A DNA stretch of 64,000 nucleotides from an uncultured Acidobacteriota bacterium. Lineage in GTDB: Bacteria > Acidobacteriota > Terriglobia > Terriglobales > Acidobacteriaceae. The number at the start of each line of letters is the position of its first letter. Within the stretch, counting starts at the first letter, position 1. The stretch lies in contig CAVWQE010000008.1 in NCBI GenBank assembly GCA_963757135.1, positions 469,167-533,166 on the forward strand, read 5' to 3'. The position numbers and the translations under genes are program-made. Below, piece by piece: positions 26,558 to 39,510 of the stretch. The notes beneath the pieces were generated by a model, which worked only from the letters and a program-made list of their open reading frames with translations, was not told the origin of the DNA and did no database searches.

Positions 26558-29425
26558 TCAGGAAAGCTGAGCGGATGCTTTAGCTGCACCCTTCCCGCGA
26601 ATTTCCTCCCACATCTGCACCACTTTTTCTTTCAACTCCGCCGTGAACTTGGCGTAAGCCTCTTCTGACGCTGTGGATTCCGGGGGCGGCTTCATGGGCG
26701 TACCGATTTTTACCTTGATGGGGGCAAACTTCTGAAAGGACTTGCCACGCGGCCAGGAATCGTAGTCGCCTTCAATCGCGATGGGAACAATTGGAACTTG
26801 AAGATGGATTGAGAGAATGGCAGCGCCTTTCTTGAATGTTTTTGGCGCGCCGTCAATACTACGCTCGCCCTCGGGATACAGAATCAGCCCCATCTGATGG
26901 CGCAGCCCATATGCACCTGCTCGCATCGCGGGGAGCAGATTTGAGTCGGGATCGACAACGACCACCCGCACCAACCTCGCCACCATTGACATAAGTCCTG
27001 GCGTGAAAATCTCGCTGGTGCCCACCGCAAACAGTCGGCGCAGAATGCGTAAAGGCAGCACCGCTAGCAGAATTACGGGATCGAGGAAGCTCTGATGATT
27101 CGAGCACAACAGATAAGCGCCCTCTTGCGGAATGTTCTCAATTCCTTGAACTTCAATTCGCGAACGCATGCGCCAGACGAGGCCGGCCAGCCGCGTGACC
27201 ATAAAAATCAAACGATCGGTCACGGGACGCGACTTAGTGATTCTCAGTGCCGCCGGATCAGTAGGGTCTTCGCGCAAGACCGCTCTCCAGGCGGCGACTT
27301 GTTGCTTCGGTGCCGTTTTCCCCGAAGCCGCACTCTCCACAACGGTATCCACCAACTCGCGGACGGTATAGATGTTAGAAAGCTGAGACTCTTCCACATC
27401 ACCGCCCAATTGCTGTTCCACCGCTACGAGCAATTCAACCCTGCGCATGGAATCGAGCCCCAGATCCAGTTCGAGATTGTCTGCGGGGCGAATGCGGTCA
27501 GGACTGGTGGTCGAATACTCGCGTACAATCTTGATTGCCTGCTGGACGTCCGGTCGCTCCAGCCACAATTGATCTTCGTCGGTGAGCGGTTTCGCCGACG
27601 AAACCTTGTCGCTGGCTTGTTTGTTTCCCGATTTCACCATCTTCTGGATTTCGAATCGCTTCAGCTTGCGCGTGGTTGTGCGCGGCAAATCTTCCTGCCA
27701 GATTTCGTATCCGCTGATTCGCTTCGTAGAGGCCAGCTTCGCCGATAGTCCTTCAATGTCGAACCGGATTACCTCTTTTGCGTTCACAACTTTGCGTTGC
27801 CGCAGCAATTCGAAATTCGGGACGACGACGGCATATAGTTTGTCTGTGCCTGGGCCGCCTTCCATTCCCATCACGCAGATTTCTTTTATGATCGGCGATT
27901 GCAGGTAGTGCGCTTCAATCTCTTCCGGGTAAACGTTCTTTCCATTTGAAAGAATGATGACGTCTTTCTTGCGTCCGGTGATGAACAGGTTTCCGGCGGA
28001 GTCGAAGTGCCCGAGATCGCCGGTGTGGTGCCAGCCGTCCTTGAGGACTTCGGCGGTTGCGTCGGGACGGTTCCAATAACCCTTCATGATGATCGGACCG
28101 CGGATTAGAATCTCGCCGCTCGCAGGCTCGCCATCGTCCGATGATTGCGGATCAACGATTCTTGCTTCCACTCCTTTCAGTGGTTTGCCCACCGAGCCGA
28201 TCACGAGATCGTCTATAGCATTCACGAATGCGCCGCCCGTGGTCTCAGTTAGGCCATAGGCCTGCAAGATGTCGATACCGAGAGAATAGAAGTCGCGTCC
28301 GATTTGCGGATCGAAGCGCGAGCCGCCGGTGACCAGGTAGCGCATTCGCTTCCCGAACAGAGCGTGAACCTTGCCGAAGAAAAGTCCACCAGGATTGAAG
28401 CCTGCTCGGCGGCACATCACCGTGATCTTCCGCATCAGGCCAAACGCCGTTCGTGTCGCCGCGCCTTTCTGCGACACTTCTTTGAAGATTCTGTCGTGAA
28501 TGAGATAAAAAAATTGCGGCACAACGGCGAAGGCAGTGATCCCGCGATCGCGCAGAGCTTTTAGTAGTTCCGTTGTGTTGAGCGTCGAAAGAAAAACGGT
28601 GCGCGCGCCTGCGACCAGCGGCAGCAGCAGGTTGGCCATTTGTGACAACACGTGAAAAAGCGGCAGCACTCCAAGGATTGCGTCATCGGGGCCAAGATGC
28701 GCCCAGGCGAACACGGCCTCAGCTTCACCCAGCAGGTTAGCGTGTGTGAGCATGACCCCTTTAGGATCGGCGGTTGTGCCTGATGTGTAGAGCAGGGAAG
28801 CAATGTCGTCAGGTGCGCGAGCAACTGGAGTGAAGTTCTGATAGTTTTGGGCGAAGATGGAGCTGAAGGTTGTGAAGGGTTCAACTTCTTTCTCTGAGCT
28901 TCGCTCAGAGGGGCGGTCAGCCACCCCATCCGACGAAAACCGCGTCGTCTGGGGACCCCGGGCGGGGGCGCCCGTCCCCACATGGCCTGTGCCCGTCGAT
29001 GGGTCGCCTGTGCCAGGCCGGGACGGTGGGGAATCCGTCAGCACGATCTGCACTTCCGATCCCGTCGCCTCTCGCGCTACCTCCCAATGCTTCGCATCGC
29101 ATAGCAGCAGCGACGCGCCACTGTCCTTCAAAAGCTTTGCAACCTGATCGGCGTGATAAGCCGTGTCGAGCGGCACCGCCGTGCCGCCCGCGGCAATAAT
29201 TCCCAGGTAGGCGGCAATCCAACGCGGATGATTGTCTGCCAGGATCGCGACCCTCTCCCCCGGCGGCATGCTGTTTGCGACCAGCCAGCCCGCGAATGAC
29301 TCCGCCATGCGGCGCAGTTCGGCGTAGGTGTAGCTCTCAAGTCCATCGGGTTTCTGGACCTCGACCCCAACGTTTTGCGGCCAGCGTTCTGAGCACTCGA
29401 CGAAACGGTCGTAGAATGTGGGCAT
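26558..29425 (-). CDS. Tri-domain protein: acyl-AMP/CoA ligase, phosphopantetheine carrier domain and PlsC-type acyltransferase
   Basis: LLYTSGTTADPKGVMLTH and GWHHTGDLG..GRKKD AMP-binding motifs, a carrier motif LDLGLDSMRRVEL, and the acyltransferase motifs NHQSFLDP (HX4D) and YPEGERS. The ORF is open to 29518, but MPTFYDRF at 29425 is the more likely start. Confidence 0.8.
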   Translation of the reverse strand: MPTFYDRFVECSERWPQNVGVEVQKPDGLESYTYAELRRMAESFAGWLVANSMPPGERVAILADNHPRWIAAYLGIIAAGGTAVPLDTAYHADQVAKLLKDSGASLLLCDAKHWEVAREATGSEVQIVLTDSPPSRPGTGDPSTGTGHVGTGAPARGPQTTRFSSDGVADRPSERSSEKEVEPFTTFSSIFAQNYQNFTPVARAPDDIASLLYTSGTTADPKGVMLTHANLLGEAEAVFAWAHLGPDDAILGVLPLFHVLSQMANLLLPLVAGARTVFLSTLNTTELLKALRDRGITAFAVVPQFFYLIHDRIFKEVSQKGAATRTAFGLMRKITVMCRRAGFNPGGLFFGKVHALFGKRMRYLVTGGSRFDPQIGRDFYSLGIDILQAYGLTETTGGAFVNAIDDLVIGSVGKPLKGVEARIVDPQSSDDGEPASGEILIRGPIIMKGYWNRPDATAEVLKDGWHHTGDLGHFDSAGNLFITGRKKDVIILSNGKNVYPEEIEAHYLQSPIIKEICVMGMEGGPGTDKLYAVVVPNFELLRQRKVVNAKEVIRFDIEGLSAKLASTKRISGYEIWQEDLPRTTTRKLKRFEIQKMVKSGNKQASDKVSSAKPLTDEDQLWLERPDVQQAIKIVREYSTTSPDRIRPADNLELDLGLDSMRRVELLVAVEQQLGGDVEESQLSNIYTVRELVDTVVESAASGKTAPKQQVAAWRAVLREDPTDPAALRITKSRPVTDRLIFMVTRLAGLVWRMRSRIEVQGIENIPQEGAYLLCSNHQSFLDPVILLAVLPLRILRRLFAVGTSEIFTPGLMSMVARLVRVVVVDPDSNLLPAMRAGAYGLRHQMGLILYPEGERSIDGAPKTFKKGAAILSIHLQVPIVPIAIEGDYDSWPRGKSFQKFAPIKVKIGTPMKPPPESTASEEAYAKFTAELKEKVVQMWEEIRGKGAAKASAQLS
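28890..29040. repeat. Palindrome-rich repeat-like segment lying in frame inside the adenylation domain
   Basis: ctctgagc-ttc-gctcagag (28892-28910), ggggac..gggcg-ggg-cgccc..gtcccc (28951-28979), and ggcctg...caggcc (28984-29019). It encodes the low-complexity stretch RPGTGDPSTGTGHVGTGAPARGPQTTRFSSDGVADRPSERSS. Confidence 0.6.
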
Positions 29426-29549
29426 TGGAGCGGAATATACACGAAAACTAAACCCGCAGCGCGGGTTCCGGCTCACGGACAAGGTTCCTCGCCCGCGACT
29501 TACGGCGGTGGCCCGCATCTAATATGCTAGGCTTCTAAACAGCGGGCGT

Positions 29550-32582
<3,033 letters not shown>

Positions 32583-32606
32583 TCTCTGTTCCTCGGTAAC
32601 ATTTCT

Positions 32607-33776
32607 TCACTTGGCGACGGGAAGCATGAACGACTTCACCGCAACATTGTTCGGCTGCTCGCCAGCGGGAATCATGGTCAGCAGGCCATATTCTCCAGGC
32701 TCAAGCTTGCGCGGCTTGCGCTTTTGAATCACCGTGACGTCGCCCGATTGCGAATCAAGCACCAGCAAATAATTCTGACTGGCCGAGAGCGCCAAAGCAT
32801 CCGGCTGCGATCCGACAGGGAGAGTAGCGACGATCTTTCCCATGTCAATGTCATAAACCGCAATGGAATTCGAGCCGAAATTGCTGACATATAAACGCGA
32901 GTTGTCGTTGGAAACCACGGCCCGCGTCGGATGCGTCCCAATAAGGTAACTTCCACTGACCTCATCTGTGGGCGTCTCGATAATCGAGATACTGTCGGAA
33001 TCAAAGTTGCAGACGATCAACTCTCCACCGTCGGGTTTAAGCGCGAGACTGACGGGGGTTTTGCCCACATCGAGCAGGGCGAGGAGTTTGTCGCTCTTTA
33101 GATCGATCGACGCCACCTGCGCCGACCCGGAACAGGCAACGAATGCTTTGCTGCTGTCTGGAAGAATGGCAATATCGGTTGGCTGATGACAGAGGGGAAT
33201 TGTGCTCTTGACAGTCAGCGTCCGGGTGTCAATCAGCGAAATCGAATCGCTGCCGCGATTGCTGACCACAACAGCATTGCCGTCCGGTGACACGCGCGCC
33301 ATTCCGGGTGCATCTCCTACGCGAATGGTCGCAAGCACCCTGCGCTGATCAAGATCAATGACCGAGATGTTTGCCGATCCGGAATTTGCCACATATGCGC
33401 GCTGCCCGTCGGCGGACACATCGACGAAATAGGGGACGCCGTGCACCCCAATAGTTGCGACCACAGCATTGTGCTCGGCATCGATCACGCTCACATTGGC
33501 GGAACCGGCATTGGCCACATAAACTTCGTTTCTCTTTGAATTAGCGCTCACGCCGGTGGGAGCGCCACCCACGTGGAGCGTTCGCATGAGCCGGAAAGTA
33601 CGCAGATCGACAACCGAAACCGTGTTGCTTTTTCCATTCGAGATGTACGCGTATTCGTGATAAGCAGGATCAAACGCTGGAATTAATCGCTGGTGAAAGT
33701 ACCACCAGCCCATGCCTATGAGCACCGGCAGAGCAATCACGATGAACAGTAGTTTCTTCACGGCGAGCAAAGACAA
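32607..33776 (-). CDS. YVTN-family beta-propeller repeat protein (YncE-like), membrane-anchored or secreted
   Basis: N-terminal TM/signal helix followed by about 7 repeats of the ..VYVANSGSANVSVID.....V.TI.VG..P pattern. Confidence 0.75.
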   Translation of the reverse strand: MSLLAVKKLLFIVIALPVLIGMGWWYFHQRLIPAFDPAYHEYAYISNGKSNTVSVVDLRTFRLMRTLHVGGAPTGVSANSKRNEVYVANAGSANVSVIDAEHNAVVATIGVHGVPYFVDVSADGQRAYVANSGSANISVIDLDQRRVLATIRVGDAPGMARVSPDGNAVVVSNRGSDSISLIDTRTLTVKSTIPLCHQPTDIAILPDSSKAFVACSGSAQVASIDLKSDKLLALLDVGKTPVSLALKPDGGELIVCNFDSDSISIIETPTDEVSGSYLIGTHPTRAVVSNDNSRLYVSNFGSNSIAVYDIDMGKIVATLPVGSQPDALALSASQNYLLVLDSQSGDVTVIQKRKPRKLEPGEYGLLTMIPAGEQPNNVAVKSFMLPVAK

Positions 33777-33882
33777 ACGAAAGAGTACCAGAACTGCTGT
33801 GGTTGACAGGGTACGGTTATTGCGAACGCCAACTGGATGACCTCATATCCGCCATCCGTCTACTTGTTATGATGATCTCCGA

Positions 33883-34980
33883 ATGATTCGCATTCCCGTA
33901 AACACACCCTCATCAACTTACGAAGTTGTCATCGAGCGGGGTTCCTTGACTCGTTCGGGTGCGATCTTGAGAGAACTGTTGGGCGGTGTTCAGGCGATAT
34001 TTATTGTCACTGTACCGCCAGTGCGGCGGCGCTGGGGAAAGGCCCTTGCAACCTCACTGCAGAAGGCCGGATTTTCGCCGCACTTTATCGAAATGAGTGA
34101 TGGCGAACGCTCCAAACGTCTAGCGACCGTCGAAAAACTCGCGGAAGCAATGCTTCGGCTCGGCGCCGATCGCAAGGCCATTGTGATCGCGTTCGGCGGG
34201 GGCGTTGTCGGGGACGTTGCCGGAATGCTGGCTTCGGTTTATATGCGCGGCGTGAATCTGGTTCAGATTCCGACAACAGTGCAGGCGCAGCTTGACGCTG
34301 CTATTGGCGGCAAGACCGGCGTGAACCTCAGAGCAGGGAAGAACCTGGTCGGCACGTTTTATCAGCCGCGGTTGGTTCTCATCGATCCGGACACGCTTGC
34401 GACCCTCACGGAGCGTGAATTTCGAGCCGGAATGTACGAGGCGCTGAAGGCTGGGATTATCGGCAACGCGGAACTATTTGGGCGTCTGGAAAACTCCACA
34501 ATTAAGTCTTTGCGAAAGGATTCAGAGCTCGCGACCTGGGCAATTGCGGAGTCAGTCCGCCTGAAAGCGCGCGTCGTTTCGGCTGATGAAAGAGAAGGCG
34601 ACCTGCGGCGTGTGCTCAATCTAGGGCACACACTTGGTCACGCACTCGAGGCGGCTACTAACTATCGCCAATTCTTACACGGTGAAGCAGTGGCGTGGGG
34701 TATGCAAGCTGCCGCGCGGATTGCGCTGGCCGTCGGCGTCTGTGATAACGAAGTTTACGAACGCATCCGCGAGGCTGTTCATGCGTGGGGTCGTTTGCCG
34801 GCGGTCACTTTACAGTCCAGTAAAGCCCTGCGATTGATTCAATCCGACAAAAAGACTGAAAGCGGCGTGGTTAATTTCGTCCTGCCGCGAGCGATCGGCA
34901 AGGTTGAAATCGTCAAAAACGTGCCCAAGAGCGCAATCTCGGCAGCCCTGGATGAAATCAGGCGAGTATCTCGTGGTTGA
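33883..34980 (+). CDS. aroB: 3-dehydroquinate synthase
   Basis: FGGGVVGDVAG, IPTTVQAQLDAAIGGKTGVN, GHTLGHALE, HGEAVAWG. Confidence 0.9.
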   Translation: MIRIPVNTPSSTYEVVIERGSLTRSGAILRELLGGVQAIFIVTVPPVRRRWGKALATSLQKAGFSPHFIEMSDGERSKRLATVEKLAEAMLRLGADRKAIVIAFGGGVVGDVAGMLASVYMRGVNLVQIPTTVQAQLDAAIGGKTGVNLRAGKNLVGTFYQPRLVLIDPDTLATLTEREFRAGMYEALKAGIIGNAELFGRLENSTIKSLRKDSELATWAIAESVRLKARVVSADEREGDLRRVLNLGHTLGHALEAATNYRQFLHGEAVAWGMQAAARIALAVGVCDNEVYERIREAVHAWGRLPAVTLQSSKALRLIQSDKKTESGVVNFVLPRAIGKVEIVKNVPKSAISAALDEIRRVSRG

Positions 34981-35737
34981 GAACTCCACGAACGCGGGTG
35001 CAGGTCCGGTCCGGGGAGCGGCCCCGGAAGGGGCAACCGACGCGGCTTCCGCCGCTCGTGCGGTCCGTGAGATGTTCTCGTCCATCGCGCCAAAGTACGA
35101 TCTGCTCAATCATCTTTTATCAGCCAACGTGGACAAACTGTGGTGGCGGCGGACAGCGCGCAGTTTTTCTACGGTACTGTCTCGTCCGGATGCGCGTGTT
35201 CTTGATCTTTGTTGCGGTACGGGTGACATGGCTTTTGCCCTTCGAAAACAGGCGCCGGACGCACAGATTGTAGGTGGAGACTTTTCTCATGCCATGCTGA
35301 AGCTGGCTCTTGCCAAATCGTCTGAGCGACCAGTAATGAATTGGGTGGAGGCCGATGCGCTGCAACTGCCCTTTCCCGACAATAGCTTCGATGTGGTCAC
35401 GTCGGCGTTCGGATTTCGCAACCTTGCGGATTACGATGCCGGCTTGCGGGAAATCTACCGCGTACTCAAGCCAGGAGGCGAGTGCGGTATTCTGGAATTC
35501 AGCGACCCACCTGGCCTGCGCGGAAAGATTTACGGCGTGTACTTCAAGTCGGTGCTTCCGCGAATCGGCAAGCTGATCTCCGGCGACAATGGCGCCTACT
35601 CTTACCTGCCGGCTTCGGTAGCACGCTTCCCGAGCCCAACGGAAATGCTGGGGCGAATGCGACACGCGGGATTCCAGGATGCCATATGGACGCCTTATAC
35701 CTTCGGGATCGCAGGTCTATATCGCGGTCGGCGCTGA
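34973..35737 (+). CDS. ubiE: Demethylmenaquinone/ubiquinone methyltransferase (UbiE/MenG)
   Basis: MFSSIAPKYDLLNHLLS, VLDLCCGTGDMA, FDVVTSAFGFRN, YLPASVARFP. A GTG at 34973 gives about 254 aa. The ORF-track start at 34904 would overlap aroB by 77 nt. Confidence 0.8.
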   Translation: MVENSTNAGAGPVRGAAPEGATDAASAARAVREMFSSIAPKYDLLNHLLSANVDKLWWRRTARSFSTVLSRPDARVLDLCCGTGDMAFALRKQAPDAQIVGGDFSHAMLKLALAKSSERPVMNWVEADALQLPFPDNSFDVVTSAFGFRNLADYDAGLREIYRVLKPGGECGILEFSDPPGLRGKIYGVYFKSVLPRIGKLISGDNGAYSYLPASVARFPSPTEMLGRMRHAGFQDAIWTPYTFGIAGLYRGRR

Positions 35738-36826
35738 CGACGCTTTAACGGCCGTTTCTTTCTTTTCCTTAGCGTCCAGTTTGAAACAATCTGCAAATGC
35801 TTCCGCGATCGAGTAGCGGATCACATTCGTGTATTCGACTCCGAGAAACTCTGCCAGCCGGAGCGTATCCATCAAGCTGTCAGAAGTCATGTAAGGCGCG
35901 ATGTCCGGCGGAATTGTGGAAATTTTCATTTTCCACAAAAACAGCAACACCAGTGCGAACAGCTTTTCCGAGGGCACCCGCACCAGTTTTGCGTGTGCCA
36001 TTTGAATGCACTCTTCGTAGGTGAGAGGCTGTCCCCGGCCGGCTACGTTCATGATGGTGAGGCGCTGTGCTTCGGGATCGGTCTTTTTCAGGATAAACGC
36101 AATCACCCTGGCAACATCGTCAACGTGAACGAACTGCAGTCGATTCTGGAGATATTGTTTGCCAGACGGGAGCATGCAGGGAAGCCGGGTGCCCTTCGCA
36201 CGCAGTTTCACTGCACGCGCACTTGTGCCGCCGGGGATGCCGCGAAAGCCTTCCATGAAGTAGTTGTCAACACTGGCCCCGGCAAAAATGTGGGGACGAA
36301 GTATGTAAACACTGCATCCGCGGAGTGCAGGCGCGCGTTGCTGTACCACGCGGTCTGCTTCCATCTTGTGGACGCCGTAAACGTAGGTATGCGCAGCCAG
36401 CGGCGTCTCTTCGGTGGCCAGTTTCGAGAGATTGGGCCCGTAAGCCGAAACGCTGCTCAGGAAAATAAATTTCTCGATCATCGGCCAGTCGCGATTGGCC
36501 TCGGTGATTGCTTCCATCACCCGGGCGGTGCCGGCCACATTGATCTTCCACATGCGATCGCGATCCAGGACATCGGTGCGGACCGCATCCAGTACAAACG
36601 CCAGGTGAAGGACCGCAACTGGGCGAACCTCGCGCATTAACTGGATGAACTGAAGGCAGGAAGCCTCTTCGCCCAGATCCATCTGCTCAAATTGGAGTGA
36701 CTGGTCCGTCACAGGCGGGCGGAAGTCCACCCCGACTACCCGGAAACCGCTCAGCAGCGGCAGCAATCGCCGGCCCAGGTTTCCAGATATTCCCGTCACC
36801 ACAATCGACGGTGGTCCGTTTCCCAT
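35717..36826 (-). CDS. NAD-dependent epimerase/dehydratase-family (SDR) protein
   Basis: Rossmann motif VVTGISGNLGRRL and the catalytic-type motif YGVHK. Confidence 0.65.
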   Translation of the reverse strand: MGNGPPSIVVTGISGNLGRRLLPLLSGFRVVGVDFRPPVTDQSLQFEQMDLGEEASCLQFIQLMREVRPVAVLHLAFVLDAVRTDVLDRDRMWKINVAGTARVMEAITEANRDWPMIEKFIFLSSVSAYGPNLSKLATEETPLAAHTYVYGVHKMEADRVVQQRAPALRGCSVYILRPHIFAGASVDNYFMEGFRGIPGGTSARAVKLRAKGTRLPCMLPSGKQYLQNRLQFVHVDDVARVIAFILKKTDPEAQRLTIMNVAGRGQPLTYEECIQMAHAKLVRVPSEKLFALVLLFLWKMKISTIPPDIAPYMTSDSLMDTLRLAEFLGVEYTNVIRYSIAEAFADCFKLDAKEKKETAVKASSAPTAI

Positions 36827-37885
36827 TTACTTCTGTCCAGGGGCAGGTGGTACGTTTTCTGGTTTTGGCGCCGGTTCACCCGGCTTTCGCAGCGTGGGCG
36901 GCGCGGGCGCCGCGAAATATGTGTCGTCATATTTCGTGTCCTCGGTGGCGGTTTTCTGTATTTCTTCCGAGGCGCCCTTCAGTTTCTCCTGTTGCGCGGC
37001 GCGTGAGACTTCTTCCTTTACGTCGGCTAGTGGCTGGTCCTCGGTGTCCTCAACCTTGAAAATCATGAATCCTTGAGGATCGGTGATCACCGGCGAAACT
37101 TCACCTTTTTTCAAATCGAAGATGGAGGCATCATTGGGCAGAAGTGCGTTCTTCTTAACTTTGTCCACGCGGGTGCTGCTGGCCGTCAGCTTCATGCCGG
37201 CAAAATCGTAGGCTTCCTGCTGCAGTTTGGTGAAGTCTTCTCCGGCGGCGGCACGTGCACGTAATTTTTCGGCCTCGGCTTTCATCTCTGCTTCGGCGGC
37301 TTGGCGCTTTTTCTCCGCGTCGGGGCCGGTGGCAGATGCGCTGGTTGTGCCTTGGTTCTGTTTGGGAACAAAAATCTTGTCGTAGCTGATGGTTTTAAAA
37401 TCTCCGCTGTGCTGGCGATAGTAGCTTTCAATGTCCGCATCGGAAACCTTGGCCGAATCTTTTTGAATATGCTCGCCAGCCATACGGGCCAGGAGTTGCA
37501 AGCGCGCAAGGTACAACTGTTCATCGAACTCCGGACCCTTGTCCAGGCCCATCTGATGCGCTTTGCCGGCCAGAATGATGGCCTGCACGTAACGCGAAGC
37601 CAACTGTTTCTGTGCCGGCTTTGGCATGTTGGGTTGGAGAGCGTTCACCAGCCGTTCCCACTCGGCGCGCGTAACCACCGTTTTACAGTCGGCCGTACCG
37701 GGTGCGTTGTCGCAGACACCCTGGACCGTAATCACTGGAGTATCCGGAGAAATGCCGGAATTGTCGCTTGAGGGCGTAAGGTCCTGAACTGCGTTAGGGC
37801 TGGTAATTACAGGTTGGGAGTTGGCCTGGCCGAAAACGACGCCTGCAAGAAACAGGCAGACCAAGGCAGCGTGAATGATTTTCAA
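36827..37885 (-). CDS. Secreted SurA/PpiC-like peptidyl-prolyl isomerase-family chaperone
   Basis: Signal peptide, a SurA-N-like helical region (ASRYVQAIILAGKAHQMGLDK..) and a parvulin-like C-terminal part (AGEDFTKLQQEAYD...GEVSPVITDPQGFMIFKVED). Its stop abuts the downstream start (TAAATG). Confidence 0.55.
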   Translation of the reverse strand: MKIIHAALVCLFLAGVVFGQANSQPVITSPNAVQDLTPSSDNSGISPDTPVITVQGVCDNAPGTADCKTVVTRAEWERLVNALQPNMPKPAQKQLASRYVQAIILAGKAHQMGLDKGPEFDEQLYLARLQLLARMAGEHIQKDSAKVSDADIESYYRQHSGDFKTISYDKIFVPKQNQGTTSASATGPDAEKKRQAAEAEMKAEAEKLRARAAAGEDFTKLQQEAYDFAGMKLTASSTRVDKVKKNALLPNDASIFDLKKGEVSPVITDPQGFMIFKVEDTEDQPLADVKEEVSRAAQQEKLKGASEEIQKTATEDTKYDDTYFAAPAPPTLRKPGEPAPKPENVPPAPGQK

Positions 37886-37995
37886 GGATTCCTCCGGAAC
37901 TCAGCGGTAAAAGAAAATCGTAGCACAGTGGCTACTTGGGATTGTGAAATGGCCTTAACGCGAACTGGGATGCTCGCGGGGTGAACGGGTGGAGC

Positions 37996-39510
37996 TTAGG
38001 AACCCAAATCCAACCCGAAGCTGGGGTGGCTGTACGTCCCGCCGACGTGGACCGGAACTACGGTTTCATGGGGCTTCTTCTTGAAGAATGGCTCGATAGC
38101 TTTTGCGAAGACGGCTTTTATCCCGTGCGTGGTCTTGGTCAGAGATGCTTCGGTTTTGAGTTTCCCGTGCAGATTGACCTTCTGATCGGTCAGATCATAA
38201 TTGCCAACTAGCAATGCGGCGGCGCCGTCGTCATGGACGGACAAATTAGTGAACTGAGCGATGCCGTGGTTCAATTCCACACTTCCCTGGAAATCGGCGA
38301 GAGTGTCAGTCTCATCCTGATTTGGGGGCGCCGAGACGCGGCTGATGCGCGTTTGGGTGCGGGAATTTGTGAAACGCGCATTTTGAATTCGGAACTCGCT
38401 ATCCAGTTGTAGTCTTTTCAGGAACGGCTCGTGCCCGGAAGGGAGCACGACGTGCATTTGAAACGCGACTTTACCCGCGAGGGGCGATTTCGAGCTTTTA
38501 ATGAATGGATAGAAGGTGTCTTCTATTCGCCCGGGATCGCAAGTCAGGTCAAGGATGGCCGAGCGTTTACCGTCGTCCCGTCGCGCGATAGTGCCTTTCA
38601 CAGTAATGCTGTCCTGGCCGAAATGAGCTGCGACTTGATTAAACGTGACATCGCCTTTGATTGCGTCCACGGTGGCGCGGAAATTAGTGTCGAGAGGCAA
38701 TCCGTGCCCGGTTTTGGCGACCACAAATTCCGGTATTCGAGTGCTGCCCTCAACTGCGAGTTGTTTGAACGTCCCACTGAAATTGCCTTTCGAAGACAGC
38801 GGGCCCGCGATCGAATGAAAGACAGCCAGGTCTGCATTCTCCAGTGAGTAGTCGCCTGAAACTGCTGTCGCGCTTGGGTCCGAGGAGTTCCATGGCCCGA
38901 ATTGACCGCAGGTTCGAATGAGTCCTGCAGGCAATGGGTTTTCAAACACTGCAGCAAACTTTGTAATTCCCGGTCCGTTGAGATTATTCAACCAGAAGTT
39001 GTGAAAGACGAAGCGCAGCGACGGCTGGGAGCCCTTTCCTAGGATTTCAAGGACCGCGTCGTCAGCTACAAAATTGTCGATTGTGGTTTGTTTGCGCAGC
39101 TGATTCTGTTGGAGTCCCTTTGCGGCAACGGTTACATGCATTCCTTCGGCCCGGAACAGGCTGACGTGATGCCGAAACAGGCCGCCGAGTCCGCTAGTTA
39201 TAGTCAGGCGACGAATTTCGGCCAAGGGTGCGCTGTCATCATCTCGTTGAAATACGACGTTTTCTGCGATGCACCCTGGAGGAAAGTATTTGTGGTGAAA
39301 ACTGCCAATGCGAACGTTTGCAGAGAAGGCCTCAGAAAGATTCGAGCGTACTGCAGCCTCAGTGAAGGGCCAAAAATGATAGAGCAATGCGCCGCCGACG
39401 ATTAACGCCAATAGCAGAAAAGAGCCGGCAATTCCGAGAAGCTTGAGACTTCCAGGGCGCAGACCGGAATGTGTAAGAGTTCCATTCATCAGGCAAACCG
39501 CGCGGCACAA
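37996..39510 (-). CDS. AsmA-family protein
   Basis: N-terminal TM anchor, a long beta-rich body, and an AsmA_2-like C-terminus (VVPVHVGGTYSHPSFGLDL). Confidence 0.5.
   Translation of the reverse strand: MCRAVCLMNGTLTHSGLRPGSLKLLGIAGSFLLLALIVGGALLYHFWPFTEAAVRSNLSEAFSANVRIGSFHHKYFPPGCIAENVVFQRDDDSAPLAEIRRLTITSGLGGLFRHHVSLFRAEGMHVTVAAKGLQQNQLRKQTTIDNFVADDAVLEILGKGSQPSLRFVFHNFWLNNLNGPGITKFAAVFENPLPAGLIRTCGQFGPWNSSDPSATAVSGDYSLENADLAVFHSIAGPLSSKGNFSGTFKQLAVEGSTRIPEFVVAKTGHGLPLDTNFRATVDAIKGDVTFNQVAAHFGQDSITVKGTIARRDDGKRSAILDLTCDPGRIEDTFYPFIKSSKSPLAGKVAFQMHVVLPSGHEPFLKRLQLDSEFRIQNARFTNSRTQTRISRVSAPPNQDETDTLADFQGSVELNHGIAQFTNLSVHDDGAAALLVGNYDLTDQKVNLHGKLKTEASLTKTTHGIKAVFAKAIEPFFKKKPHETVVPVHVGGTYSHPSFGLDLGS

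Noticed and set aside
34904-34972. Upstream start of the ubiE/menG ORF overlapping aroB by 77 nt
   Set aside because: The GTG at 34973 gives a protein of the canonical UbiE length (about 254 aa) and only an 8-nt overlap with aroB.
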